This document shows positions 10,190 to 19,461 of a stretch of 64,000 nucleotides of DNA, piece by piece. Position numbers and translations under genes: made by a program. The stretch is taken from positions 3,975-67,974 of the forward strand of contig DASWCE010000006.1 in NCBI GenBank assembly GCA_036390255.1. Reading direction: 5' to 3'. The notes beneath the pieces are model-generated. The model saw only the letters and a list, made by a program, of their open reading frames with translations, ran no database searches and was not told the origin of the DNA. This DNA comes from Gemmatimonadales bacterium (GTDB taxonomy: Bacteria; Gemmatimonadota; Gemmatimonadetes; Gemmatimonadales; GWC2-71-9). The number at the start of each line of letters is the position of its first letter. The first letter of the stretch is position 1.

Positions 10190-11968
10190 ATGTCAGCCAT
10201 GCCGCTCATGCTGGTGTTGTTGTTGGCCCAGGCCCAGGGCGCCGCCCCCGTTCTCGTCGATATCCGTGATCTCACGCCTCGCGAGTACCGGGCCAGCGCC
10301 TTCGTGTTGACGGCGCCGCAAGACGTGCAGATCACGGCCGTCGGCGCCGAGCCCTGGCCCGATCGGCTGCGCCAGCGCGATGAGAAGCATTGGCAGGACG
10401 ACGACCAGACCACCTGGCCGGCGGCCGCCTGGATTCTCGACGCGCGAACCCGCGCGGTCGTGTGGGACCTGCGGTCTGCCGAGACGCGTCGGGAATCGAC
10501 TGGGCTGCGGCGCTTCTCCGGTACCGTGCACCTGCCGGCCGGAACCTACGAAGCGCACTACGCCTCCTATCCTGCTTCCTCTGTTTCATTCAATGGCGAT
10601 TTCAATCTCAGCCTGAACGACATCATTCGACTCGGCCGGCGCGCGAAGTACGGCGGCCCGTACGTCGAGAACGGATTGTACCGGGAGTTCGGACTGACGA
10701 TCAGCGGCGCTGGTGGGCCGGCGCGTGCGGCATCGCCAGAGGACCTCGCCGCCGCCCGTGCGGCGTACACGGCGTCGGCAATCGCCACCGTCGTCCCCGA
10801 GCGCAACAGCACGGCCAGAAAAGGTTTTGAGATCACCCGTCCGACACCGGTGGAGGTCTATGCGATCGGCGAGCTGACGCTCGAGGACGAGTTCGACTAC
10901 GGCTGGATCATGAACGCCGCCACGCATGAGCGCGTCTGGTCGATGTCGTACGCGACGACCGATCCCGCCGGCGGCGCCGCCAAGAATCGCGTGGCGCACG
11001 AGACGCTCCAGCTCAAGCCCGGCCGCTACGTCGCATACTTTGTCTGCGACGACAGCCACAGTCCCGACGACTGGAACAACGTGCCCGCAACCGATCCCGA
11101 GTTCTGGGGCCTCACGCTCCGCGTCGCCGATCCCGCCGCGCGCACCGCGGTCAAGCCATTCGACTATGAGCCCGTGCCGCAGGGCCAGACCATCGTCTCG
11201 CTCATCGGCATCCACGACGACGAGATGCGCTCCGCAGGCTTCACGCTGAAGCGGCCGCTGGACCTCCACATCTACGCACTCGGCGAAGGCTTCAAGGATC
11301 GCATGGCGGATTACGGGTGGATCGTGGACGCCGAGCAACACAAGCGCGTGTGGTCGATGAATTACGAGAACACCGCGCATGCGGGCGGTGCCGAAAAGAA
11401 CCGGCTGTTCGACAGCACGGTGCATTTCGCGGCCGGCAGCTATCTCGTGTATTACCGCAGCGACGGCTCGCACTCCTACAATGACTGGAATGCCGCGCCG
11501 CCTGCCGAAGAGCGGTACTGGGGCGTCAGCGTCTTCCCGGCCAGCGGCCGGCTGAATCCGGCTGATGTCACGCCGTTTCAGCGCGCTGGCCGTGGTAACA
11601 CCGTGCCGCTGGCGCAGCTCAACCACATCGGCAACGATGCGGACGCTCGGACGCCGTTTGCGCTGACCGGGGAGACACGGCTGCGCGTCTTCGCGATGGG
11701 CGAAGGTCGCGATGCGGAGATGTTCGACTACGGGTGGATCGAAGACGCTAACGGCCGGACGGTATGGGAAATGAAGTACGACGAGACCGAGCCCGCCGGC
11801 GGTGCCGACAAGAACCGCCTCTACGACGGCGTGATCACGTTGCCCGCCGGCAACTACGTGCTCCGCTATCGGTCCGACGGATCCCACTCCTACAACGACT
11901 GGAACGACAACCCACCTGACGATCCCGAGAGTTGGGGCATCGCCGTGTTCCGAATGGCGAAGCGGTAA
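10190..11968 (+). CDS. secreted protein built from four copies of an uncharacterised ~115-aa repeat
   Basis: It has a signal peptide. Repeats 2-4 share DYGWI-x5-7-VW-M-Y...GG-KNR...G-Y...SDGSHSYNDWN...WG; repeat 1 is degenerate. Confidence 0.8.
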   Translation: MSAMPLMLVLLLAQAQGAAPVLVDIRDLTPREYRASAFVLTAPQDVQITAVGAEPWPDRLRQRDEKHWQDDDQTTWPAAAWILDARTRAVVWDLRSAETRRESTGLRRFSGTVHLPAGTYEAHYASYPASSVSFNGDFNLSLNDIIRLGRRAKYGGPYVENGLYREFGLTISGAGGPARAASPEDLAAARAAYTASAIATVVPERNSTARKGFEITRPTPVEVYAIGELTLEDEFDYGWIMNAATHERVWSMSYATTDPAGGAAKNRVAHETLQLKPGRYVAYFVCDDSHSPDDWNNVPATDPEFWGLTLRVADPAARTAVKPFDYEPVPQGQTIVSLIGIHDDEMRSAGFTLKRPLDLHIYALGEGFKDRMADYGWIVDAEQHKRVWSMNYENTAHAGGAEKNRLFDSTVHFAAGSYLVYYRSDGSHSYNDWNAAPPAEERYWGVSVFPASGRLNPADVTPFQRAGRGNTVPLAQLNHIGNDADARTPFALTGETRLRVFAMGEGRDAEMFDYGWIEDANGRTVWEMKYDETEPAGGADKNRLYDGVITLPAGNYVLRYRSDGSHSYNDWNDNPPDDPESWGIAVFRMAKR

Positions 11969-11985
11969 CGTAGCTTTCGGTCCTC

Positions 11986-12738
11986 ATGAAAATCGCTGTC
12001 TGCATCAAGCGCGTGCCCGATTCGGAAACGCGCGTCAAAATCGCGGCCGATGGCAAGAGTCTCGACGAAGCGGGGGTGAAGTTTGTCCTGAACCCCTACG
12101 ACGAGTTTGCCGTCGAAGAAGGGTTGCGCCGCAAAGAGAAGGCCGGTGCCGGTGAAGTCGCGGTGTTCTGCCTCGGGCCCGCGCCAGCCCTGGAGACGAT
12201 CCGTACCGCGCTGGCGATGGGCGCCGATCGCGGCGTGCTGCTCTTGGCCGACAAGATCCCCGTCGACCCCTTCGAATCGGCGAAGGTTCTCGCCGCCGAG
12301 CTGAAGGGCACGAGCTGGGACCTGATTCTTTTCGGGCGCATGGCGATCGATGACTACAACCACCAGGTCGGGTCGCTTGTGGCCGAGCTGCTGGACTTGC
12401 CGTGTGTCACTGCGGTGTCGCACCTCGAGATCGACGGGACCAAAGGCGTCGCGGAGCGCGAGATCGAAGGCGGGATCGAGGTCGTGGACTTTTCGCTTCC
12501 GGCTGTGCTCACCACCGACAAGGGACTCAATGAGCCGCGCTACCCGGCGCTCAAAGGCATCATGGCCGCCAAGAAGAAGCCGCTCGAGGTGAAGCCGGTG
12601 CAGCCGGGAAGCGGCACGCTAGAGATCGTCGCCCTGATGCCTCCGCCCCAGCGGAAGGAAGGAAAGATCGTGGGTGAGGGGGCCGGAGCCGTCGGGGAGC
12701 TGGTGCGGCTGTTGCGCGAAGAGGCCAAAGTTCTGTGA
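11986..12738 (+). CDS. etfB: electron transfer flavoprotein beta subunit
   Basis: MKIAVCIKRVPDSETRVKI..., the LNPYDEFAVEEGLR motif and a 250-aa length. It overlaps etfA by 4 nt. Confidence 0.95.
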   Translation: MKIAVCIKRVPDSETRVKIAADGKSLDEAGVKFVLNPYDEFAVEEGLRRKEKAGAGEVAVFCLGPAPALETIRTALAMGADRGVLLLADKIPVDPFESAKVLAAELKGTSWDLILFGRMAIDDYNHQVGSLVAELLDLPCVTAVSHLEIDGTKGVAEREIEGGIEVVDFSLPAVLTTDKGLNEPRYPALKGIMAAKKKPLEVKPVQPGSGTLEIVALMPPPQRKEGKIVGEGAGAVGELVRLLREEAKVL

Positions 12739-13706
12739 CGACGCTGGCGGTGCTGGAGCAGCGTGAGGGCGTGCTGCGGAAGATTTCGTTCGAGGTCGTG
12801 ACCGGTGCCCAACGCCTGGGGGTGGGGGGGGGACAACCAGTCGAGGCAGTCGTCTGCGGTGCCGGGGCCGTCCAGGGCCTCGAGCAGGTCGCCAAGTTCG
12901 GCGCGGACAAGATCGTTACACTCACCAATCCGGCGTTCGCGAGATACGCGCCCGAAGGCTACGCGCAGGCCCTCGCGGAGCGCGCGCAGCAGGGCGGGTA
13001 TCGCGCGCTCGTGTTTGCGGCAACCGCAACGGGAAAAGATCTCGCGCCACGCGTCGCGGCCAAGCTCGGGGTCGGTGTGGCCGCGGATCTCACTGATCTC
13101 GCCGCTGATGGCAGCGGTGTGGTGGTCACACGGCCGGTGTATGCGGGCAAGGCACTGCTCAAGGTAAAAGTGGCGTCGCAGCCCGCCGTGCTCTCGCTGC
13201 GTCCCAACGTGTTCACACCGGTGGAACGGCCGAAATCCGCCGCGAGCGAGACGGTCGCGGTCAACGTTAGTGCGAGCCGAGTGACCGTGCGCGAGATCAA
13301 GGCGGCGCCGGCCGGCTCGCTCGATGTCGCTGAAGCGCAGGTGATCATTTCGGGCGGGCGTGGCCTCAAAGAGCCGGCGAATTTCAAAGTATTGGAAGAT
13401 CTCGCGCGCGCCTTTGGCGGCCGTGCGGCGGTGGGCGCGTCGCGCGCGGTGGTCGATGCCGGATGGCGTGCCCACGCCGATCAAGTGGGGCAAACCGGCA
13501 AGACGGTGAGCCCGTCGCTCTACATCGCCGTCGGCATTTCCGGAGCGATCCAGCATCTGGCGGGCATGCGGACGTCGAAAGTGATCGTCGCGATCAACAA
13601 GGACAAGGACGCGCCGATCTTCAAGGTCGCGGACTACGGCGTCGTGGGCGACCTGTTCGAGATCGTGCCGAAGCTCACCGAAGAGATCCGCAAGCTCCAT
13701 GGCTGA
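12735..13706 (+). CDS. etfA: electron transfer flavoprotein alpha subunit
   Basis: C-terminal FAD-binding signature [28 protein letters not shown]...[13 protein letters not shown]. Confidence 0.95.
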   Translation: MTTLAVLEQREGVLRKISFEVVTGAQRLGVGGGQPVEAVVCGAGAVQGLEQVAKFGADKIVTLTNPAFARYAPEGYAQALAERAQQGGYRALVFAATATGKDLAPRVAAKLGVGVAADLTDLAADGSGVVVTRPVYAGKALLKVKVASQPAVLSLRPNVFTPVERPKSAASETVAVNVSASRVTVREIKAAPAGSLDVAEAQVIISGGRGLKEPANFKVLEDLARAFGGRAAVGASRAVVDAGWRAHADQVGQTGKTVSPSLYIAVGISGAIQHLAGMRTSKVIVAINKDKDAPIFKVADYGVVGDLFEIVPKLTEEIRKLHG

Positions 13707-15327
13707 GATCGTTCCCGCCCAGTATCAACCACCGCTTCCGCTCGACAAACTGATCCTCCCCGACGGCGCCGCAGGAGCCGGCGACCGTATGGAGCTCGAT
13801 GTCCTCATCGTGGGCGCGGGACCGGCGGGACTCGCGTGCGCCATCGAGCTCGCCAAACTCGCCAAAGCGGACGGCTCGGAGCTGAACATCGGGGTGCTCG
13901 AAAAAGCCGCAGCGCTCGGCGAGCATTCGCTCTCAGGTGCGGTCGTCAACCCCCGTGCATTTCGCGATCTCTTCCCTGACCTGGCGGACCGGGACTTTCC
14001 ATTCCGCGCTCGGGTGACGAAAGAGGCGGTCTATCTCCTCACCCAGGGCGGTAAGTTGCGGCTGCCCACGCCGCCGACGATGCACAACCGCACCTTCTAC
14101 ATCGCGTCGTTGTGTGAGATCGTCCGCTGGCTCGGCGCCAAGGCCGAAGACGTCGGTGTCAACGTGTTCACCGGATTTCCGGCGGCACAGCTGCTCGTGC
14201 GTGACGCCACTGTTGCCGGTGTGCGGACCGCGGCCGCCGGTCTCGATCGCGACGGTCAGCCCACGCCCGGGGGCACAGCGCCGAATGATCTCCTCGCAAA
14301 GGTCACCGCGCTCGCCGAGGGGACCCGCGGGTTGCTTGCGCAAACGTGGTGTCAGTGGCAACGCGTCGAGTCTGACAACCCGCAGATCTTCGCACTGGGC
14401 GTCAAAGAGCTGTGGGAGACCAAGCGGCCGCTCGATCGCGTGATCCACACGCTCGGTTGGCCGCTGCCCCGCGACGCGTTCGGCGGGAGCTTCGTGTACC
14501 CGCTCGAGCCGAACCTCGTCGCGCTGGGACTCGTGGTGGGCCTCGACTATCGCGATGCCGCGCTCGACGTGCACGTCCTGCTGCAGCGGTTCAAGCGGCA
14601 TCCGCTCCTCCAGGAGCTCCTGGCGGGCGGCGAAATGGTCGAATGGGGCGCGAAGACCATCCCCGAAGGCGGGTTCTACTCGCTCCCGCAGCGACGCGCA
14701 GGTGATGGTGTCGTACTCCTCGGCGATGCCGCGGGGTTCGTGGACGTGCCGTCGCTCAAAGGGATTCACTACGCGATGCAGTCGGGCATCTTCGCGGCGC
14801 GCGCCATCTTTCAGCATCTGAAGAACGGCACGCCGCTCGGAGCATACGACCGGCTCGTAAACGCTTCGTACATCGCGACCGACCTCCATCGCACGCGCAA
14901 CATGCGACTCGCCTTCAGGAGGGGGTTTTATGTGGGGGGATTCCAGGCTGCGCTGATGACGCTGACAGGCGGGCGATTCCCGGGTGGGCGATACCGGATG
15001 CACGCCGATGCCGCGGTCCCGCGCCGTGCCGCCACCGGGGCGGGCGCAGCCGCGCTGTCCAACGGCATCAGCAAGGTGGACGCGGTGTTCAAGTCCGGGA
15101 ACGCAACCCGCGATACGATTCCCAGCCACCTGATGGCGCAACCAGACGTGCCCGTCGAGGTGGCGCGGTTCTATGCTCACGTCTGCCCCGCCGGCGTCTA
15201 TGAGGCGACGGAAAATGGGTTACGCATCAATCCGCCGAATTGCGTGGATTGTAAGGCGACCGACGTGCTGGGACCGCGCTGGACCCCGCGAGAGGGAGGT
15301 AGCGGGCCGAAGTACAAACGGATGTAG
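13699..15327 (+). CDS. electron-transfer flavoprotein:ubiquinone oxidoreductase (ETF-QO)
   Basis: FAD dinucleotide fold DVLIVGAGPAGLACA and a C-terminal 4Fe-4S region (CPAGVYE...NCVDCKATD). 542 aa, directly after etfBA. Confidence 0.9.
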   Translation: MAEIVPAQYQPPLPLDKLILPDGAAGAGDRMELDVLIVGAGPAGLACAIELAKLAKADGSELNIGVLEKAAALGEHSLSGAVVNPRAFRDLFPDLADRDFPFRARVTKEAVYLLTQGGKLRLPTPPTMHNRTFYIASLCEIVRWLGAKAEDVGVNVFTGFPAAQLLVRDATVAGVRTAAAGLDRDGQPTPGGTAPNDLLAKVTALAEGTRGLLAQTWCQWQRVESDNPQIFALGVKELWETKRPLDRVIHTLGWPLPRDAFGGSFVYPLEPNLVALGLVVGLDYRDAALDVHVLLQRFKRHPLLQELLAGGEMVEWGAKTIPEGGFYSLPQRRAGDGVVLLGDAAGFVDVPSLKGIHYAMQSGIFAARAIFQHLKNGTPLGAYDRLVNASYIATDLHRTRNMRLAFRRGFYVGGFQAALMTLTGGRFPGGRYRMHADAAVPRRAATGAGAAALSNGISKVDAVFKSGNATRDTIPSHLMAQPDVPVEVARFYAHVCPAGVYEATENGLRINPPNCVDCKATDVLGPRWTPREGGSGPKYKRM

Positions 15328-15329
15328 CG

Positions 15330-16136
15330 TTACGGTGCGCGGCTATCTCTGAAGTACTGCCGCGCCTTTTCCGCAAGCTGCGAGCTCGACATCGGCAGAT
15401 TGCGCTTCACCCACAGCATCGCCCGTTGGCCGGTCGGAAAGCGGTGCGCCCCTTCCTGTCGGGAGACGCTCGCCATCTGCGTGAGCGAAATCCCAAAAAT
15501 CTCCTTGCTGGCCCGGTCGAGGGCCATGCCGAACTCCTCGTCTTCCGGCGTCGCCAGGATATCGGAGTGGGTGCGGCCTAACTCCTCCACCGGGCCCGCG
15601 TACGCCTGCTCGGAGTGCGTATCCATCGTGTAGCCACAGTAGAGCGAGAATGCGTAGGTGCGGGCCAATGCATTCCAGAACTCCTCGATCTGGATCGCGG
15701 CAGCGGTGTTCCCCGCTTGCCATAACGCATTCGCGAGCTCGCTGTAGACCCGAGTGCCGCGACCCGAGGTCCGGAGGCGCGACAGGAGTGGCGCCAGCGC
15801 GCTCCGAAACGGGGCCCATTCGGGCAGGTCGCCGGCAACGAATTGTGCCGTGATCTGCTCGGCATCCACGACGGACAGTTGTCCCGGATCGCGCAGCGAT
15901 TGTGGGCGGAACTCACCTGCCGCCAGGCGCTCGAACAGCCGGTCCCGCTGATCCGCCCCCGCAATGACCACCACGCTGTCCCCGCGCCGCAAGCCCGCCT
16001 CGACGAATAGGAGGGCCGACTCGGTCAGCGTGTCACGACGACGATCCTGGCCTTCGGTATCGCGGTGAAACTGCGCGAAATGATGGCCGGTCGGTGCGAC
16101 AGTTAGAAGGTTGCTACCAGCGGGCGCTGTCATCAT
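15330..16136 (-). CDS. MEDS-domain protein, paralog 1
   Basis: N-terminal H-FAQFH...FVEAGLRRGDSVVVIA and FSLYCGY, which fits the MEDS (DcmR-type sensory) pattern. It has clear collinear similarity to the adjacent gene. Confidence 0.7.
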   Translation of the reverse strand: MMTAPAGSNLLTVAPTGHHFAQFHRDTEGQDRRRDTLTESALLFVEAGLRRGDSVVVIAGADQRDRLFERLAAGEFRPQSLRDPGQLSVVDAEQITAQFVAGDLPEWAPFRSALAPLLSRLRTSGRGTRVYSELANALWQAGNTAAAIQIEEFWNALARTYAFSLYCGYTMDTHSEQAYAGPVEELGRTHSDILATPEDEEFGMALDRASKEIFGISLTQMASVSRQEGAHRFPTGQRAMLWVKRNLPMSSSQLAEKARQYFRDSRAP

Positions 16137-16145
16137 TACACACGT

Positions 16146-16931
16146 TTACACCGATTCTTGGTAGTAGTGTCGCGCGCGCTCGAGCACCGCTGCGCTCGCC
16201 GAAGGCAGGTTGCGCTTGACCCACAGCATGGTGCGTTGCCCGCTGGGGAAGCGCTGCTCGCCACTGTCGCGACGCCGTGAGAAGCCGACCATCTCCGAGA
16301 GCGGGACGCCAAACACGTCGCGGCTCGCCGCATCCAACGCCACGCGGAACCGATCATCATCGGGGCTCGCCAGGATCTCGGAGTGCGTGCGGCCGATCTC
16401 CTCGAGGGGTCCAGCATATGCCTGGTCGCGATGCACGTCGAGCATGTAGGTGCAGAACATCGAAAACGGATACAGACGCGCAAGCTCGTTCCAGTACTCC
16501 TCGAAGCGAATAGCGGCGAGCTGTTTTCCTTCTTTCCACAACAGACTTACCATCTCCTCATACGCTCGCGTCGTCCCGCGCCCGAACGCCCGCACTCGCT
16601 CGAAGATGGCGCCCATCGCCCGGCGAAAATCATCCCAGTCCGGCATGTCGTTGCGCATGCATTTGCGCAGCGTCAGCTCGGCGTCGTGCAGCTCGAGCTG
16701 TCCAGACTTGAGAAAAGCGCCGGGATCGAGATCGTCGGCCCGTAACCGTCCGAGAAAGAGGTCGGTGTGTTTGGGGGAGGCGATGACCACGACTCCGTTG
16801 GCGCGCCGCAGGCCGGTCTCCAGGTAAACCGAGACGGCATCGGCCAGGGCCTGCGGGTCGCGGTGCAGCTGCGCAAAGTGCCGGTTGGCGGGCGCTTCGA
16901 TCAGCAACGTATTGACAAGGGGATCGGCCAT
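16146..16931 (-). CDS. MEDS-domain protein, paralog 2
   Basis: RHFAQLH...YLETGLRRANGVVVIA...FSMFCTY. The ATG at 16929-16931 (MADPLVNTLL) is preferred to the longer ORF. There is a 9-nt gap to paralog 1. Confidence 0.7.
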   Translation of the reverse strand: MADPLVNTLLIEAPANRHFAQLHRDPQALADAVSVYLETGLRRANGVVVIASPKHTDLFLGRLRADDLDPGAFLKSGQLELHDAELTLRKCMRNDMPDWDDFRRAMGAIFERVRAFGRGTTRAYEEMVSLLWKEGKQLAAIRFEEYWNELARLYPFSMFCTYMLDVHRDQAYAGPLEEIGRTHSEILASPDDDRFRVALDAASRDVFGVPLSEMVGFSRRRDSGEQRFPSGQRTMLWVKRNLPSASAAVLERARHYYQESV

Positions 16932-17080
16932 CTTCTGACTCACGCGCAAGAAACGGAAACAGTCATAGCGCGAAAACAATAGACAACGCCCATAACGCCA
17001 CAATCAGTCTTCTGAGGGATTTGGCGTTGCGGCCTCCTCGACCTGAGGGACTAGCCCGTCGGATTGAAAATCACCGAAGC

Positions 17081-17707
17081 TCACCGAAAGCTCAGTTTGA
17101 TGCCGTCGATGATGAACTGCGCGGCAATCGCACACAAGACCAATCCCATGAGGCGGGTCAGAATGCGCATGCCGGTTTGCCCGAGGCGCCGCTCGACCAT
17201 CGACGCGGCTGAGAGCACCAGGAACGTGATCAAGGCGGTGAGGACAATTGAGATGTAGACCGCGGCCATCGCTGCCACGGACTTTGCCCCCAGCGCGAGG
17301 ACCATGACGGTCGAGATCGCCCCGGGGCCCGCCAGCATCGGCAGGCCGAGCGGCATGATGCCGATGTCTTCCTTCTGGATGCCCTCGGCCTTCTCGACCG
17401 CTGTCTCCCGTTGCTGGCTGCGCCGGGCTTGGACCATGTCGAGCGCGTTGAGTCCGATCAGCACGCCACCCGCGATCTTGAACGCGCCGATGGTGATCCC
17501 GAAGATCTTGAAGATGAGGCTACCGCCCAGCGCGAACGCGATCAGCGTGATGGCGCAGGTCCACGCGCCGCGGCGTGCGAGCACCCGGCGTTGCGCCGGC
17601 GCGTCGCGCTCAGTCATCGCGAGGAACGTCGGAATGACGGCGAACGGATCCACGATGAAAAGGATCGACGTGAAGATGAGGAGCAGCTCCATCACGCGCT
17701 GATTCAC
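17081..17707 (-). CDS. MarC-family (UPF0056) integral membrane protein
   Basis: 208 aa with about 6 TM segments. The N-terminus FIVDPFAVIPTFLAMT is typical of the family. Its start overlaps the M61 stop (ATGA). Confidence 0.88.
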   Translation of the reverse strand: MNQRVMELLLIFTSILFIVDPFAVIPTFLAMTERDAPAQRRVLARRGAWTCAITLIAFALGGSLIFKIFGITIGAFKIAGGVLIGLNALDMVQARRSQQRETAVEKAEGIQKEDIGIMPLGLPMLAGPGAISTVMVLALGAKSVAAMAAVYISIVLTALITFLVLSAASMVERRLGQTGMRILTRLMGLVLCAIAAQFIIDGIKLSFR

Positions 17708-19461
17708 GGCGTTCCCGTGAGCCCGGCGCGAATGCGCCGCATCTTCGTGGTTTGCAGTGGCAGATCGCGCAGCGCCGCGCGCTCCCGCTCGTACGTGTTC
17801 GCGCGGAAGCGAATCGTGACTGGCTGGCTGTTCCGCATGACCTCGACCATGACGGTGGTGCCAGGCCGGATGCTCCGCACGGCGGCCGTGACGTCGGTGC
17901 CATCGATGATGTCGCGTCGATTGATGCGCACCAGCTCATCGCCGGTGCGGAGGCCGGCCAGCCACGCGGCACCGAGTGGCGCAACCGCGCGCCAGCGGCC
18001 ACCCTGCACGGCCGGTGGAATCGAGCCGATCCGTGCGTCGACGGCGGGCGTCTTGGTCAGGACGAGCCGCCAGCCGGCCGCCTTCAGATAATTGTTCCAC
18101 GGAATGTCGTACGTGCCGCTCACGTACAGCCGCCAGAACTCCGCAAAGTCGCATCCCGTCGCGCTGCGTACGGCCTCCACGAGCTGGTCACGTGTGAACC
18201 CGTGGTCGCCGGAGTAGTGCTGCATGAGAAACCGCATGACATCGTCGAGCGATCGCGTGTTGTCGGTGGAGTCACGAATCGCGAGATCGAGGAGGAAACC
18301 CAGCAGCTCACCCTGGAGATAATAGGATATGTACGCACCTTGGTTCACAGCGGGGGAATCCCACGTGGTCCAGGAAGACCGCTCCGGAGAGATCACCATC
18401 CGCGCGGCATCATTTTGGAAGTTCTCCATCGACCTCGCGAGCCGGCGCGCGAAATCGGCGGGCGTGTTGAGCCCGGCCCGCGCCAGGATGAGATCGGCGT
18501 AGTAATCGGTCACGCCCTCGCTCCACCAGAGGTTGACCGTACGCACTTCACGTTCGTAGTTGAACGGCCCGAGCTCAATGGGGCGGATGCGCTTCACATT
18601 CCAGGCATGGAAGAACTCGTGCGCGCTGACGGTCTGCGCGCCGCGTGGGTTACGCGCCAGCGTCTCCGTGGTCACCCCGATAGTCGTGGAATTCAGATGC
18701 TCGAGGCCGCCGCCGCGACCGCCGACAAAGATGTAGGTGTAGTCCCGATATGGTGCGCCGCCGAAAATGAGTAGCGCCGTCGTCGAAATGCGCCGCAGCA
18801 TGTTCACGAATGCGGCGGGCGCGGCGGCGCGCGCACCGCCGAGATCCACGACCGCGCGGTGTGGCGTCCCCGCGGCCCTGAACGCATACGAGAGAAACTC
18901 GCCGAGCAGGATCGGCGCGTCGATGAGCACATCATAGTTGGGCGCCGTGAACGTGATGCTGTCGCGGGTCGTAGGTGTGAGTCCGGTCGCGATCCTCCAT
19001 CCCGGCGGGACCTGGAAGGCGAGCGTCGCTGGCAGCTGCTTGAAGCCGTCGAGATACATGAACGTGCGCGGCCCATCCACCATGCCGGAGGTCGCACGCA
19101 GAAACCAGCGGTTGTTGGGCCGGCGCCAGGCGACTGAATCGCGGAGTCCGGCCGTGTAGCGGACGGTGAGGAGTTGCGTTCCCTGGGTGTCGATCACCCA
19201 CGAGTTCGGCGAATCCTGGTGGACCGGCAGGCGGTCCGCGGCACGCGTGACGGCCTCAAAATCGCCGATGTTCGTGCCCGAATTCATCAGCTGGTAGGCG
19301 CCCGGAGCCCACGCGGGAATGACGAGACGGCTGGGGTTTGGAGGATTGGTGATGTGGAGCTCGACCAAATAAGCGGAGCGATCGGTCGGGACGGTGAGCG
19401 TGTATGAGAGTTGGGGAGCAGAGTCTGACGCGCAGGCGAGCGCGACGAGCAGCGGGATCAA
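17704..19461 (-). CDS. M61 glycyl-aminopeptidase-family metalloprotease with C-terminal PDZ domain
   Basis: HEFFHAW zinc motif, downstream WWSEGVTDYY, and a C-terminal PDZ-like segment (GLRTGDELVRINRRDI). Lipoprotein-like N-terminus. Confidence 0.88.
   Translation of the reverse strand: MIPLLVALACASDSAPQLSYTLTVPTDRSAYLVELHITNPPNPSRLVIPAWAPGAYQLMNSGTNIGDFEAVTRAADRLPVHQDSPNSWVIDTQGTQLLTVRYTAGLRDSVAWRRPNNRWFLRATSGMVDGPRTFMYLDGFKQLPATLAFQVPPGWRIATGLTPTTRDSITFTAPNYDVLIDAPILLGEFLSYAFRAAGTPHRAVVDLGGARAAAPAAFVNMLRRISTTALLIFGGAPYRDYTYIFVGGRGGGLEHLNSTTIGVTTETLARNPRGAQTVSAHEFFHAWNVKRIRPIELGPFNYEREVRTVNLWWSEGVTDYYADLILARAGLNTPADFARRLARSMENFQNDAARMVISPERSSWTTWDSPAVNQGAYISYYLQGELLGFLLDLAIRDSTDNTRSLDDVMRFLMQHYSGDHGFTRDQLVEAVRSATGCDFAEFWRLYVSGTYDIPWNNYLKAAGWRLVLTKTPAVDARIGSIPPAVQGGRWRAVAPLGAAWLAGLRTGDELVRINRRDIIDGTDVTAAVRSIRPGTTVMVEVMRNSQPVTIRFRANTYERERAALRDLPLQTTKMRRIRAGLTGTP

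Noticed and set aside
12824-12832. Homopolymeric G/C tracts inside genes as phase-variation switches: G9 in etfA at 12824-12832; G8-C-G9 at the nrnA-like 3' end, 36231-36248; C8 in mrp at 36565-36572; G8 at 3832-3839
   Set aside because: If G and C each make up about one third of the bases, runs of 8-9 are expected by chance a few times per 64 kb counting both strands. The tracts encode in-frame Gly/Pro stretches in housekeeping genes, and nothing indicates ON/OFF variants. They are worth checking only for assembly accuracy.
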